Source of the DNA: Amphiscolops sp. MND2022
Lineage: Eukaryota
Assembly: GCA_964187785.1 (NCBI GenBank)
Contig: OZ076409.1
Span: 27,654,001-27,718,000 of the forward strand
Reading direction: 5' to 3'
Length of the DNA stretch: 64,000 nucleotides
The position numbers and the translations under genes were made by a program. The first letter of the stretch is position 1. The number at the start of each line of letters is the position of its first letter. The notes under the pieces were generated by a model. That model searched no databases. It was not told the origin of the DNA and was given only the letters and a program-made list of their open reading frames with translations. Shown here piece by piece: positions 61,982 to 64,000 of this stretch.

Positions 61982-64000
61982 CAGGTTTAAGCACTTTGAA
62001 TATGAAAACGAGTAGAAAAAGTGTCGTTGTTGGGTGAAATGAGCCTTTAGATTGAGTCTTGGCTGCTTGTACCGAAGGTATAGTGTTTTTTTATAATCTT
62101 AAAATTTTGTCCGTCGTGATAAGATACGATCTTGGAATAGGTATTATCTTAGTAAGATCTTAATAAGAATCTTGCCATGGGATGATTTGAAATTATCGTG
62201 ATCAAAGCTTGTTTGAAAATTTCTCGAGCAGTCTTCATGAAGAAACTAAGGCGAGCTAAGACGTTGGTTCTGACGGGGTTCTAACGAACCCTTTTACGGT
62301 ATAACGAAGTAAACACGTTATATCCGAATTTTTGCCCGACGGCAACGAAGACGGGCAACGCACTGATCTAACCAGGGTTGAAATTTTGTCTTTCAAGGTT
62401 GACCGTCAGTGGAACCGTTTTCAAGTGTAACGTATACATCAATAAAAATGCACTGAATTCAATTCTGGAAGTTGGAAGTTATATCCAAAGTATATATCGT
62501 CTTGCCTTTGTTAGGTTCTTCAAGTGACAGAAATCAATGTGTCGCGAGCAGGAATCCGGGTGTCAACGAAGGATAATCTTTTCTGTCAACGAAGGAATCT
62601 TTTCTGATGAAAAGATTTGAATAAATCAAGTATTATATGCATAGTATTATATATACTATATATATGCAAAGTATGTTATATTATATATGCAAAGTATTAA
62701 ATATACTTTTGCACAGAAGTGTTAGAAATTTGTTCTTCATGATGGAATTTGGGCTTACTGATTTGACGATTTGCGATACACTAAGGACATCATCATCATG
62801 AAGAACAAATTTCTAACACTTCCGTGCAAAAAAATTGTTTTTAGTAGAATCTGGTGATTTTCCGGGTCGACCCTCCATGGATATCTTAGTGGAAAAATTT
62901 TAGCTAAGATCGTGACAAGATATTGCCCAGAATTGCAAGATGCCATGGTAAGATCTTATCAAGAAAGCCATGTTTCCCAGAAAAATCTTACTAAGAAGCC
63001 CAATATGGCAAAAAAAATCTTACTAAGAAGACCAATATGGCAAGAAAAATCTTAGTAAGAAGCCCAATATGGCAAGAAAAATCTAACTAAGAAGCCGAAT
63101 ATGGCAAGAAAAAAATTGCTACGAACTGCTCGATATCGAGAAAAAGTAGAATCAGAAAACCATTAAATTAAGAGTTATGGAAAATCTAGACATCACTCAA
63201 AACAAAATTTCTGAATGATTTTTACAACCATTTCGATATCGATATTTTTCTTTCAATTGCAAAACTGTCGCCAACAGCGGCGTCAGAAAAGACTTGAGCT
63301 GAATCATTATCCAAATTAGAGCCATGACCGCCGTTTATAGCAGTGATAAGGCTGCTGAAACAGGCCCTAAGAAAGCTGAAAATATGAAATTCACAAAAAT
63401 TTCCGGATTTTAAAATCTTTCCTTTGTAACTTTCCGATAGTGGGTCTGGACGTTTGAGAGCATATTTCTCCGTCTCTGAAATTGACAGGAGTGATAAATT
63501 ACAAGTTTTGGAAAGCCCTTGAATTGATCTTTCATTTGGTACATTCGGCATTTTTCAGACTTAAACAGGTGAGGAGTTATTAGGTTTCTCGTCAAAATTT
63601 CGGAAGCCAGAATACTTTATCGTAATTTTTCACGCAATTTTGCATGCAAAATTTTTTCAGCAGGTTTAAGCACTTTGAATATGAAAACGAGTAGAAATAG
63701 TCGTTGTTGGGTGAAATGAGCCTTTAGATTGAGTCTCGGCTGCTTGTACTGAAGGTATAGTGTTTTTTTATAATCTTAAAATTTTGTCCATCGTGATAAG
63801 ATACGATCTTGGAATAAGTATTGTCTCAGTAAGATCTTAACAAGAATCTTGCCATGGGATGATTTGAAATTATCGTGATCAAAGCTTGTTTGAAAATTTC
63901 TCGAGCAGTCTTCATGAAGAAACTAAGGCGAGCTAAGACGTTGGTTCTGACGGGGTTCTAACGAACCGTTTTACGGTATAACGAAGTAAACACGTTATAT
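61982..64000. repeat. Direct repeat of at least 340 bp (61982-62322 and 63661-64000), running off the window
   Basis: CAGGTTTAAGCACTTTGAATATG...CACGTTATAT present twice. Confidence 0.88.
62978..63113. repeat. 32-bp minisatellite, ~4 copies
   Basis: AAGAAAAATCTTACTAAGAAGCCCAATATGGC units. Confidence 0.9.

Overview
AT-rich, repeat-saturated eukaryotic DNA, probably an invertebrate (not determinable from the sequence). I see no host gene and no prokaryotic features. The centrepiece is a 19.3-kb Ty3/Gypsy-type LTR retrotransposon (family A, 19401-38708) with 720-bp near-identical LTRs, a ~3.2-kb non-coding leader and gag-PR-RT-RH-IN. It is unusual in several ways. A dead protease-like domain sits in tandem with the active one. 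The integrase frame continues into AT-hooks plus two degenerate TARG1/OARD1-like macrodomains. A further ~1350-codon non-env ORF carries an SGNH-hydrolase-like domain. It also has an internal copy of its PPT and an apparent 3-bp TSD. A non-coding, internally deleted relative occupies 1-7363 and a solo LTR lies at 59938-60633. A second group of LTR elements (TGTC...GACA ends, 5-bp TSDs; 8846-14019, 39224-40328, 44491-46055, 56282-57359) has long LTRs that carry protein-coding sequence: an ORF running out of the 3' end, plus a conserved ORF C-terminus at the 5' end in the family B copies. A decayed C2H2-zinc-finger/tyrosine-recombinase gene (~50270-52699) is bracketed by inverted and direct repeats. 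The rest is hAT, Tc1/mariner and 2-bp-TSD TIR elements, a tRNA-derived SINE, a Helentron-like element, microsatellites and four long unrelated palindromes. All domain calls come from motif recognition by eye, not database searches.
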